From Candidatus Parcubacteria bacterium (lineage in GTDB: Bacteria; Patescibacteriota; Minisyncoccia; Phycocordibacterales; CAIZLB01): 64,000 nt of DNA. Shown in pieces: positions 49,370-58,294 of the stretch. How positions within the stretch are numbered: the first letter of the stretch is position 1; every line of letters begins with the position of its first letter. Location of the stretch: the NCBI GenBank assembly GCA_039795775.1, contig JBDKLC010000005.1, forward strand, positions 3,654 to 67,653, written 5' to 3'. The position numbers were made by a program, and so were the translations under genes. Under the pieces are notes generated by a model. That model saw nothing but the letters and a program-made list of their open reading frames with translations, did no database searches and was not told the DNA's origin.

Positions 49370-50404
49370 ATGACTCAAACACGAACACAAGTCCTCACAT
49401 ATACAATAGCTTTCATTATTGTATTTGTTTTATCAGTACTTATCTTTTGGCCATTCCTCACTGTTCTTGCCATGGCAGCCGTAATGGCAGTTGTTGTTGG
49501 TCCAGTAAATAAATGGATTTATAAAAAAGTGGGGCACAGAGAAAATATTTCAGCACTCCTCTCACTTATTTTTGTGCTTATCGTAATTCTCCTTCCTCTT
49601 GCACTTCTTGGAAGCAAGCTCATTTCTGAAGCGCAGGCTATGTATGTAAATATTGTTACAAATCCAGATGTGTCTATAGATAAGATCAGTTCAATTATCC
49701 AAGAAAATGGTCAGAAGATTTATAAAGGATTCAACTTTAATATTCAGGAATATGTTGCATTCTTCTCTGCGTGGATTGTGGATCATCTCGGTGGAATATT
49801 TTCAGGAACAATTGATTTTATTTTGAAACTTGTATTAGGTTTCGTTGCTCTCTTTTATTTCCTTCGTGATGGTATTACATTCAAACGACAGTTAGTGGCA
49901 TTTAGTCCATTGTCAGATGACGACGATCGAAGCATCATTTCGTCAGTACGAAGCTCTGTGCGATCAGTAGTTCTTGGTTCGTTTATTATTGCGATCATTC
50001 AGGGCCTTCTCGCTGGTATAGGTTTTGCTATCTTTGGTGTACCAAACTCAACACTCTGGGGAACAACAGCTGCCGTTGCGGCTCTCATTCCAGGTGTTGG
50101 TACTGCCGTGGTATGGGTTCCAAGTGTTATTTATCTTTTCTTTGCAAAAGCTAGTTTTGCCTGGGTGGGACTTCTTATTTGGTCAGTATTCTTAGTTGGA
50201 CTCATCGACAATTATCTCGGACCAAAGATTATCGAAAAGGGTGTAAACATTCATCCACTTCTTATTCTCTTTTCTATCTTGGGCGGACTTAGTTTCTTTG
50301 GTGCAGAAGGGTTCCTACTTGGGCCGCTTGTTCTCAGTCTTTTGTTCGCACTTGTGCGAGTCTATCAGCAGGGTAATAAGTCGGGTACTCATTCAGCAGA
50401 ATAG
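49370..50404 (+). CDS. AI-2E family transporter
   Basis: FYFLRDG, IPGVGTAVVWVP, IDNYLGP, HPLLILFSILGG..FG..G..LGP. Confidence 0.9.
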   Translation: MTQTRTQVLTYTIAFIIVFVLSVLIFWPFLTVLAMAAVMAVVVGPVNKWIYKKVGHRENISALLSLIFVLIVILLPLALLGSKLISEAQAMYVNIVTNPDVSIDKISSIIQENGQKIYKGFNFNIQEYVAFFSAWIVDHLGGIFSGTIDFILKLVLGFVALFYFLRDGITFKRQLVAFSPLSDDDDRSIISSVRSSVRSVVLGSFIIAIIQGLLAGIGFAIFGVPNSTLWGTTAAVAALIPGVGTAVVWVPSVIYLFFAKASFAWVGLLIWSVFLVGLIDNYLGPKIIEKGVNIHPLLILFSILGGLSFFGAEGFLLGPLVLSLLFALVRVYQQGNKSGTHSAE

Positions 50405-50406
50405 AT

Positions 50407-51333
50407 ATGAAAACTATTGTTACGCATGGTGCTAATTTTCACACTGATGATGTGTTTGCTACAGCAACCGTACTTTTGTATTTAGAAAAGAATGGAGAAA
50501 CTGCTCAAGTGATTCGTTCGTTTGATGAGTCGGTATGGAAGACAGCAGATTATGTTCTCGATATTGGACGTGTATCAGATCCGGACACAAATAGATTTGA
50601 TCATCATCAAGGTGATGCGGGTGCTCGTACAAATGGAATTCCATATGCTTCATTTGGTTTGGTATGGAAAAAATTTGGTGTTGAACTCTGTGATGGTTCT
50701 GAACGTGCCGCACAGTCTATAGATGATGGAATGATTGCACATATCGATGCTGACGATAACGGTGTTTCAACATATACATCTCTGTTTCCAGATATCAAAG
50801 TATTTACGATTGATGAATATGTAGGAATGGAAGCAGATGCAATAAAATCTCTCGATTACACAGCTGACAATAAAGAGCAGGTCATGGCTGCTTTTGATAA
50901 AAAGTTTGCAGAGCTTGTACAGTGGGCAAAAGGTGTTATCACATCAGCCATAAGTAAAGCTCAAGAAAAGTTAAAATTTGAAAAAGAAGCTATAGAAGCA
51001 TACGAGCAGTCAGAAGATAAACGAATTATTATTTTGAAGAGATTTTTGCCGTACACATTTGCGAATTTCCCTGAACCTCTCATCATCATTTATCCGGATC
51101 TTCGGGTAGAAGGATGCTGGTGTGCGAAGACCGTAAAACTCAAAAATGAATCATTGAAGGCTCGAATTGATTATCCAGAAGCCTGGCGTGGAAAATTTGA
51201 CGCTGATCTCGAACAAGTTACAGGAGTAAAAGGTGCAAAATTTTCTCATGCGAGTGGATTCCTCATGTCAGCATATTCAAAAGAGGCTGTTATTGAATTA
51301 GCCCAAAAAGCTCTCCGTATTCTAGGTAAATAG
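50407..51333 (+). CDS. MYG1-family (DHH-like) hydrolase
   Basis: THGANFHTDD, RFDHHQ, YASFGLVWK, PEAWRG, FSHASGF. Confidence 0.9.
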   Translation: MKTIVTHGANFHTDDVFATATVLLYLEKNGETAQVIRSFDESVWKTADYVLDIGRVSDPDTNRFDHHQGDAGARTNGIPYASFGLVWKKFGVELCDGSERAAQSIDDGMIAHIDADDNGVSTYTSLFPDIKVFTIDEYVGMEADAIKSLDYTADNKEQVMAAFDKKFAELVQWAKGVITSAISKAQEKLKFEKEAIEAYEQSEDKRIIILKRFLPYTFANFPEPLIIIYPDLRVEGCWCAKTVKLKNESLKARIDYPEAWRGKFDADLEQVTGVKGAKFSHASGFLMSAYSKEAVIELAQKALRILGK

Positions 51334-51389
51334 TAGCCTTTCCCTCAAATACTTATATATAGTGCGGTTTTATGCTATAGTCCTTCCAT

Positions 51390-52358
51390 ATGGCATTTGT
51401 AGACGAACTTAGTTTTCACATGAAGGCTGGTCGCGGAGGCGACGGCGTAGTGCGATGGCTTCACGAAAAATTTAAAGAATGGGGTGGCCCAGCAGGAGGA
51501 AACGGCGGTAACGGCGGCGATATTTACGCACGGGCTGTTCGAGATACATGGCTTCTCGCCAAGTATCGACACGTCACAGAATTCTCTGCAGAAAACGGAG
51601 CTCCAGGCGAAGGCCGAAGTAAGCACGGCAAAAACGGCGAAGATTTATATATCGATATGCCTGTTGGGAGTATCATCAAAAACCGACAAACGGGCGATGT
51701 ATATCGACTCGACGAACCTGGTCAGGAGATCCTTCTTTTAAAAGGCGGACGAGGTGGTCTTGGTAACGAACATTTCAAAGCGTCTACAAACGTTTCTCCA
51801 AAACAATCAACAAAAGGTAAACCACCAGAAGAAGCAGATTTTGATATCGAAGTAGAAATTATTGCTTCTGCTGGACTCATTGGCTTGCCAAACGCAGGGA
51901 AGTCTTCACTTCTCAACGCTCTTACACGAGCTGAAGCAAAAGTAGGTAACTATCAGTTCACTACACTCGAACCAAACCTTGGCGATTTATACGGACATAT
52001 TCTTGCCGACATTCCAGGTCTTATTGAAGGTGCATCAGAAGGAAAAGGTCTTGGTCACAAATTCCTCCGACATATTCGACGAACAAAAATGCTCCTCCAC
52101 TGTATTTCTCTCGAAAACGAAAGTCTCGAAGATACTTACAACGTAGTACGATCAGAACTCGAAGCGTTTGACCCAGAACTCGCAAAGAAAGAAGAAGTCC
52201 TTATCATCACAAAGAGTGATATCGCAGGTCTTCCAGATGCTGAAAAGCGAGTGAAGGCTATCAAAGCTTGGAAAGATAGAAAAGTATTTATTGTATCTGT
52301 CTACGACCTCGATGCTATGAAAAAGTTTTCTACCAGCTTGGTAAAAATGCTAGAATAA
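51390..52358 (+). CDS. obgE: GTPase ObgE
   Basis: FVDE..AGRGGDG, GGPAGGNGG, GLPNAGKSS, FTTLEPNLG, DIPGLIEGA. Confidence 0.96.
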   Translation: MAFVDELSFHMKAGRGGDGVVRWLHEKFKEWGGPAGGNGGNGGDIYARAVRDTWLLAKYRHVTEFSAENGAPGEGRSKHGKNGEDLYIDMPVGSIIKNRQTGDVYRLDEPGQEILLLKGGRGGLGNEHFKASTNVSPKQSTKGKPPEEADFDIEVEIIASAGLIGLPNAGKSSLLNALTRAEAKVGNYQFTTLEPNLGDLYGHILADIPGLIEGASEGKGLGHKFLRHIRRTKMLLHCISLENESLEDTYNVVRSELEAFDPELAKKEEVLIITKSDIAGLPDAEKRVKAIKAWKDRKVFIVSVYDLDAMKKFSTSLVKMLE

Positions 52359-52374
52359 AAACATTCAACTTTTT

Positions 52375-53850
52375 ATGTCAGATACTGCAACTCCAACAAA
52401 AAAATACTATCCTGTGATTGGTCTCGAAATTCATGCTGAGCTCAAGACAAACTCAAAAATGTTTTGTCCGTGCAAAAATGATACAAACGAAGAACGACCA
52501 AACGTAAACGTCTGTCCAATTTGTCTTGGTCATCCCGGAACACTTCCTACAATCAACAAACAAGCTGTAAAGCACGTGATCAAAGTGGGCACAGCGGCAG
52601 GAGGTCAGATTGCAGATTTCACAGAGTGGGACCGAAAAAACTATTTCTATCCTGACATTCCAAAGAGTTATCAGATCAGTCAGTATGCATTTCCACTTAT
52701 CAAAGGAGGGGAGATCGCTGGTGTGAAGCTTACACGAATCCACCTCGAAGAAGATACAGCCAAGTCATCTCATGACAAAGGCGATTTCAGTCTTGTCGAT
52801 TTCAATCGATCAAGTCTTCCACTTATGGAGCTTGTTACAGAACCAGTGATTCATGATGCAAAAACTGCTGCCAACTTTGCTAAAGAGTTGCAGCTCCTTT
52901 TGCGATATCTTGGAGCCGGTGATGCGAACATGGAGAAAGGAGAAATGCGAGTAGAAGCAAACATTTCTGTAGCAACAGAAGATCCACAGGGTGATTTTAA
53001 AAAGATGGGTACAAAAGTAGAAGTAAAAAACCTCAACTCATTCCGATCGGTAGAACGAGCTATTGAATACGAAATAAAACGTCACATCGACATGATTGAA
53101 GCTGGAGAAAAGCTCGTACAAGAAACACGAGGCTTTGACGAAACAACAGGCAAAACATTCTCACAGCGAGTAAAAGAAAACTCAAATGATTACCGATATT
53201 TTCCAGACCCTGATCTACCAAAGTTGTTTGTATCAGAAATTCCTGAATTTAGTCATGACATAGTTAAAAAAGAGCTCCCTGAACTTCCATGGGAGAAGAG
53301 AGATAAGTTTAAAACTGCATTTGGCATGAAGGACGAAGATGCTGAAATGTTTGTACAGAATGAGTCACTCCGAACATTCTTCGAAGATGTTGCTGCAAAA
53401 CTTCAGGCTGCTGGTAAAATAGACGCTATAAAGCTTGCCATAAACTATATTACGTCAGACATCGCCGGACTTATCAAAAAGTCAGATTCAGATGCTCTCG
53501 CTATTTCAGCAGATCATCTTGTTGAGCTTTTATTGATGATTTCTTCATCAGAGCTTTCTTCTCGATCTGCAAAAGATATCCTCGCAATGAAGTGGACTGA
53601 TGCAGATGCAAAAGATGCTTCACCAAAGGCACTCGCTGAAAAACATAACCTCATCCAGAAGAATGACCCAGAGGCACTCAAGAAAATGATTGAAGAAAGT
53701 ATCGCAGCTAACCCGAACGTAGTCGCTGACTACAAAGCAGGGAAGCAAGCAGCACTCATGTTCTTTGTTGGACAAATCATGAAACAGTCAAAAGGTTCGG
53801 TGAATCCAGAGACTGCAAAAGCAACCATTATCGAACTCCTTAGTAAGTAA
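52375..53850 (+). CDS. gatB: Asp/Glu-tRNA amidotransferase subunit B
   Basis: IGLEIHAEL, RKNYFYPD, HLEED, ELVTEP, VEVKNLNS, YRYFPDPDL. Confidence 0.97.
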   Translation: MSDTATPTKKYYPVIGLEIHAELKTNSKMFCPCKNDTNEERPNVNVCPICLGHPGTLPTINKQAVKHVIKVGTAAGGQIADFTEWDRKNYFYPDIPKSYQISQYAFPLIKGGEIAGVKLTRIHLEEDTAKSSHDKGDFSLVDFNRSSLPLMELVTEPVIHDAKTAANFAKELQLLLRYLGAGDANMEKGEMRVEANISVATEDPQGDFKKMGTKVEVKNLNSFRSVERAIEYEIKRHIDMIEAGEKLVQETRGFDETTGKTFSQRVKENSNDYRYFPDPDLPKLFVSEIPEFSHDIVKKELPELPWEKRDKFKTAFGMKDEDAEMFVQNESLRTFFEDVAAKLQAAGKIDAIKLAINYITSDIAGLIKKSDSDALAISADHLVELLLMISSSELSSRSAKDILAMKWTDADAKDASPKALAEKHNLIQKNDPEALKKMIEESIAANPNVVADYKAGKQAALMFFVGQIMKQSKGSVNPETAKATIIELLSK

Positions 53851-53854
53851 TTCA

Positions 53855-54013
53855 ATGAAAGTAATATTCCTCAACGTATACGGCGGACGATTTCATGAAA
53901 ATCTGCTGAAGTTTTTTGCTGCACATCAAGATGTAGATGTTATATGTCTTCAAGAGGTGTATCACAATGCTATTGAATTTGATAGTATGCTTTTGGGCAG
54001 GGGTGTATATTGA
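53855..54013 (+). pseudogene. Truncated endonuclease/exonuclease/phosphatase (EEP) family gene
   Basis: MKVIFLNVYGGR..DVDVICLQEV (EEP N-terminal motifs), then a stop after 52 aa. Confidence 0.7.
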
Positions 54014-54037
54014 TTTTATATAAATGTGTGATATAAT
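54010..54037 (+). promoter_or_regulatory. Sigma70-type promoter for ORF 54243
   Basis: TTGATT (54010-15), 16-nt spacer, TATAAT (54032-37) with extended TG. Confidence 0.6.
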
Positions 54038-54077
54038 CACGACTAATTGGTTCATTACAATTTTCTCAGATAGCTCA

Positions 54078-54130
54078 ATAGTCATAGCCAAAAGGGATCG
54101 AACAAGTCGATATCTTTTGGCTATGACTAT
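54078..54130 (+). promoter_or_regulatory. Long leader hairpin
   Basis: 17-bp perfect arms ATAGTCATAGCCAAAAG/CTTTTGGCTATGACTAT plus inner ATCGA/TCGAT. Confidence 0.7.
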
Positions 54131-54242
54131 CACCTATGTGAACATCCTCTGGCGAACCCAAATCACATTTCAAACATAAAGTTCATTAGAGGTGTTGGCG
54201 AGTGTCGATACTTCTGATGTACTGAACTAGATAAGCATTCGT

Positions 54243-54782
54243 ATGAACTACGTTCAAATCAGCGATGACCGTATCGCAGAAATCACCGAAAAAGCAGCAG
54301 CAGTCGGAGCACGTATCTACGTGATCAGGAAAGTTTGCATCCAGCAAGACCGTGACTGGAAAGATTCAATTACCCAAGGGGCGCCTGATACACCCCCGAA
54401 ATATAGTATCTTCACCCGCCAAGTCAGCGATAGCTATGTGCCGGTATCAACAGAGACAGTGGAAAAAGACATTATTTTGTTTCTTGACCCAAATGAGGTC
54501 AGACTTGAGAATGTCACTGTCTTTGCAGAACGGAGTTCTCTCAAGGTTGCAAACCCACGAGAGGTATTCGCTCTCTGCGAACACCAAGCAGAACTGGCTT
54601 CAGTTATTGAGTGGTCTGGAGTCCAACAACGCTATATACGCCTAGTTGCTCCGGTTCCATTTCAGGCAGAAGCAGGCACATTCATGTGTGCTGTTGGTGT
54701 CACACCCAGAAGCCGCATTGCAACTGTTGATTGGGCGGTCAACTTCAATCTTGAGGGGGATATATACGCCCTCTGCGAGTGA
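54243..54782 (+). CDS. Hypothetical protein resembling CPR DGR-target (CLec-like) proteins
   Basis: LKVANPREVFALCEH..RIATVDWAVNFNLEGDIYALCE C-terminus; only 1 of 12 Arg codons is CGA. Confidence 0.55.
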   Translation: MNYVQISDDRIAEITEKAAAVGARIYVIRKVCIQQDRDWKDSITQGAPDTPPKYSIFTRQVSDSYVPVSTETVEKDIILFLDPNEVRLENVTVFAERSSLKVANPREVFALCEHQAELASVIEWSGVQQRYIRLVAPVPFQAEAGTFMCAVGVTPRSRIATVDWAVNFNLEGDIYALCE

Positions 54783-54815
54783 CCTGGCATCTGTAGCATC
54801 TGAGAAATTCTCCCC

Positions 54816-54844
54816 CCCCGAACACGAAGTGTTCGGGGTTTTCT
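54816..54844 (+). terminator. 10-bp hairpin with C-GAA-G loop and T tract
   Basis: CCCCGAACAC-GAA-GTGTTCGGGG-TTTTCT. Confidence 0.65.
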
Positions 54845-54962
54845 TGTATAAATTTTGTATAACGTCTGTACATGACACAAATTTGTGTGGTAGTAGGGAA
54901 ATGAGGGCTGTCAGATGCTTAACGTCTGGTATAATACGTGCATTATATTTAAGTAGAGAATC

Positions 54963-55991
54963 ATGAGTACAACAAAAGTAGCAATCAACGGTGCTGGCCG
55001 AATCGGACGAGCATTTCTCAAATTAGCAGTTAAAGAACCTACGCTTCAGGTAGTTGCAATCAACGACCTCGCGGACATTGAAAACATTGCATACCTTATG
55101 AAGTATGACAGTGCATACGGACGATCAGACCTCGACATCAAGGCTGACAAAGAACGAAGTGTGCTCATCATCAATGGCAACGAAGTGAAATACGTAAGTC
55201 AGAAAGATCCAGCAATGCTCCCATGGAAAGATCTCGGAGTAGATATTGTACTCGAGTCTACAGGTCTTTTTACAAGTCGAGAAAAAGCTACAGCACACAT
55301 TACAGCTGGTGCTAAGCGAGTAGTGATCTCAGCTCCATCAAAAGATGCAGCAGGAGCTCCACAGGCAGCTACAATCCTTCTCGGTATCAACGATGACCGA
55401 TTCAAGGATAGTCCTGTTACTTCAAACGCGTCTTGTACTACAAACGCCGCAAGTCCACTCATGGCCATTCTCGATGAAGCTATTGGTATTGAAAAAGCTC
55501 TCCTCAACACAACTCATGGATACACTGCAAGTCAGTCTATTGTAGACGGTCCTGCAAAGAAAGATTGGAAAGAAGGACGAGCTGCAGCTCACAACATTGT
55601 GCCAACATCTACAGGTGCGGCCATTGCTGTTACATTGGCGCTTCCACAGCTCACAGGAAAGTTTGACGGTATTTCACTTCGAGTACCAGTTATCGCTGGC
55701 TCAATTGTAGATGTTACATTTATCGCTAAACGACCTACAACAGTAGAAGAAGTAAACGCAGCACTCAAGAAAGCAGCCGGTGAAGAACGATGGAGTAAAG
55801 TATTTTCTGTTACAGAAGAACAACTCGTATCTACAGACATCATGGGTTCAAAGTATGCATCTATTGCAGACCTTGGCCTCACTCGAGTAGTAGACGGTAA
55901 CTTGGTAAAAGTGCTTGCGTGGTACGACAACGAAATGGGGTACACACACGCGCTTCTTCAGCACGTAGTGGAGGCAAGTAAAATGCTCTAA
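54963..55991 (+). CDS. gap: Type I glyceraldehyde-3-phosphate dehydrogenase
   Basis: INGAGRIGR, ESTG, SNASCTTN, PTSTGAA, RVP, WYDNE. Confidence 0.96.
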   Translation: MSTTKVAINGAGRIGRAFLKLAVKEPTLQVVAINDLADIENIAYLMKYDSAYGRSDLDIKADKERSVLIINGNEVKYVSQKDPAMLPWKDLGVDIVLESTGLFTSREKATAHITAGAKRVVISAPSKDAAGAPQAATILLGINDDRFKDSPVTSNASCTTNAASPLMAILDEAIGIEKALLNTTHGYTASQSIVDGPAKKDWKEGRAAAHNIVPTSTGAAIAVTLALPQLTGKFDGISLRVPVIAGSIVDVTFIAKRPTTVEEVNAALKKAAGEERWSKVFSVTEEQLVSTDIMGSKYASIADLGLTRVVDGNLVKVLAWYDNEMGYTHALLQHVVEASKML

Positions 55992-56005
55992 ACGCATTAA
56001 GCCTC

Positions 56006-56485
56006 ATGAAATTTATAAAAACATTTTTCTTAGCAGGTATTTCTTTTGGTCTTCTCTTTGGGGTTGTTATGAGTCTCGTATTTGCTGATGCTAACGCTGG
56101 AATGTATTCGGGTGTACTCGGAGGGATATTATTTGGTTTTATAATAAGCTTTTTTGTACACATTCAATCAAAAGCCTTTAGAAAAGTAGACTCCCAGATT
56201 TCGGATCTCGTGTATAGCGGAAGTGCAAATCATTTCGTGAATGCTGAAGCCGTTGGCGGCTGGTTACAACTCACAAAGACCCAGCTTATCTTTACTCCTC
56301 ACGCGATAAATATTCAGAAAGAAGAATTCAGGGTGGATTTAAAGGATGTACTTTCAGTAGAAATTAACAATGCGCTTGGAATAATTCCAAATGGATTAGT
56401 CCTTACTATTGGAGATAAAAAAGAAAAGTTTGTAGTGTTCGGACGGACAACATGGAAGAATAAGATTCTTGAAATGAAAGGATAG
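56006..56485 (+). CDS. Two-TM protein with a GRAM/PH-like domain
   Basis: 2 TM, then ANHF..EAVGGWLQLT..LIF.PH, IIPNGL..EKFVV. Confidence 0.65.
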   Translation: MKFIKTFFLAGISFGLLFGVVMSLVFADANAGMYSGVLGGILFGFIISFFVHIQSKAFRKVDSQISDLVYSGSANHFVNAEAVGGWLQLTKTQLIFTPHAINIQKEEFRVDLKDVLSVEINNALGIIPNGLVLTIGDKKEKFVVFGRTTWKNKILEMKG

Positions 56486-56572
56486 TGAGCGTGGTACAAT
56501 AATAATGAAAGTATGGTGTGTTAATGCACTTTCAGGTAGCTTAAAAATAAATTACTCTCTAAAAATTAATAT

Positions 56573-56980
56573 ATGGAACAAAAAAAATTATATTCAGCAA
56601 AAGAAATTTTGTGGTCAACACTTTTCTTTGGAGTGTTCGCAGGATTATATTTGTTGATGAAAAATTTTCAAGTTTTAGACAACACAAAAAGTGCCACATC
56701 GGTACGAACACTGATTATTGTTGTTGCAGTTCTATTCGGTGTTTATCTAATAGCTCCATTTGAGTTATCTCAATCTATAAGTTCGATAGTTGGAATCGTA
56801 ATTGCATTTAGTCTTTACCAATACACAGTGAAAAATCAAGGTGCGGATATTGCAGCGTATAAAGAAAAACAGCAGATTCACTCAGGTTGGAAAACATTAC
56901 GTGTATCTGTTGTAGCACTAGTATGTACAGTTGTGTATGTATTAGCGCTTGGCTTTGTTCTTTTCCCTCTACTTAGCTAA
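56573..56980 (+). CDS. Hypothetical membrane protein
   Basis: Four hydrophobic segments; KLYS..I..STLFFG..AG..L..NF. Confidence 0.65.
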   Translation: MEQKKLYSAKEILWSTLFFGVFAGLYLLMKNFQVLDNTKSATSVRTLIIVVAVLFGVYLIAPFELSQSISSIVGIVIAFSLYQYTVKNQGADIAAYKEKQQIHSGWKTLRVSVVALVCTVVYVLALGFVLFPLLS

Positions 56981-56986
56981 TTGACC

Positions 56987-57493
56987 ATGAAAATATTTAT
57001 CGCGGCTGACCACGCTGGTTTTGAACTCAAAAAATTCCTTATCCAACATCTCACAAGTGCTGGACATGAACTCATTGACTGCGGGGCACACGAACTCAAA
57101 GACGGGGATGATTATCCGCTTTATATTTCGAAAGCTGCAAAAGACGTATCTCTTGCTGAAGAAGCCTACATTGCGGGAGGTCTTGATGCGCGACATGCAC
57201 ACGATGTTCGAGGAATTGTCATTGGAGGTTCAGGTCAGGGCGAAGCTATTGTTGCAAATAAATTCCCACATGTACGAGCCGCTCTTTACTACGGTGGTCC
57301 AAAAGAAATTATCACACTCTCACGTGAGCACAACGATGCTAACATTCTTTCTCTCGGAGCAAGATTCCTTTCTTCTGAAGAAGCATTTGAAGCTGTTACA
57401 GTATGGCTCGAGACTTCTTTTTCACATGGAGCACGACACGAACGTCGAATCGGTGAAATAGACCAGTATCCAGACGCAGGGCTTTTTAACTAA
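56987..57493 (+). CDS. rpiB: Ribose-5-phosphate isomerase B
   Basis: AADHAGFELK, DDYP, GGSGQGE..ANK, REHNDAN, RHERR. Confidence 0.94.
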   Translation: MKIFIAADHAGFELKKFLIQHLTSAGHELIDCGAHELKDGDDYPLYISKAAKDVSLAEEAYIAGGLDARHAHDVRGIVIGGSGQGEAIVANKFPHVRAALYYGGPKEIITLSREHNDANILSLGARFLSSEEAFEAVTVWLETSFSHGARHERRIGEIDQYPDAGLFN

Positions 57494-57502
57494 AACACAT
57501 AT

Positions 57503-58228
57503 ATGAAAGAAATTATTCCAGCTCTCATGCCAAAGAACTTCTCGAATCTCAAGGAGCTTCTTGAACGTGTAAAACAGCACGTATCAACAGTACAGATAGA
57601 TGTCATGGACGGAAAGTTTGTACAAGCAAAGAGTTGGCCGATGATTCGTGAGAACGATGAAGATTTTATTCGAATTGTAAAACAGGACGAAGGATTTCCG
57701 TATTGGGAAGATGTAAACTTTGAGGCTGACCTTATGGTGACAAATCCTCAGGTAGAGGCTGATCGATGGGCAGCAGCCGGTGCACTTCGAATCATTGTTC
57801 ATTTCCTTTCTGCTCCTCGTGACACTATTATCGCAACACTCAAAGATCTCAAGTCCAAAGGTGTAGAGGCAGGAATTGCGTTTACATACAAAACAACAAT
57901 TGAAGATGTTGTAGCGTTTGTAACTGAGCAACGGGACTCTATCGATTTTGTTCAGCTCATGGGTATCAAAAATATCGGTCACCAAGGTGAACCATTTGAT
58001 GAAACGGTTATAGATCGAGTGAAAACACTTAAAGAAAAATTTTCAGATCTGACAATTACAATTGATGGGGGAGTCAACTACGATACAGCACAAGATCTTC
58101 TTGCGGCTGGAGTAGATCGGCTCGTGTCAGGATCTGCAATTCTTCAGGCAGACTCTCTTGAAGATGCCATTCTTGATTTCAAAGATTTAGTTGAAGGAAA
58201 AGTTGAACATACTGATTCTGCAGAATAA
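57503..58228 (+). CDS. rpe: Ribulose-phosphate 3-epimerase
   Basis: QIDVMDGKFV, ADLMV, QLMG..G.QG, IDGGVN, VSGSAI. Confidence 0.88.
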   Translation: MKEIIPALMPKNFSNLKELLERVKQHVSTVQIDVMDGKFVQAKSWPMIRENDEDFIRIVKQDEGFPYWEDVNFEADLMVTNPQVEADRWAAAGALRIIVHFLSAPRDTIIATLKDLKSKGVEAGIAFTYKTTIEDVVAFVTEQRDSIDFVQLMGIKNIGHQGEPFDETVIDRVKTLKEKFSDLTITIDGGVNYDTAQDLLAAGVDRLVSGSAILQADSLEDAILDFKDLVEGKVEHTDSAE

Positions 58229-58294
58229 AAATAATACAAACAGTGGAATACTTGTTGGTCAAAAAAAACAAAAGTGAGTTATAATACGAACGTA

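Noticed and set aside
53852-54133. 93-aa minus-strand ORF from the track
   Set aside because: Overlaps the + strand EEP fragment, promoter and hairpin, which explain the region better
54243-54844. Complete DGR locus
   Set aside because: No reverse transcriptase, Avd or template repeat was seen in the window; kept only as a possible remote target
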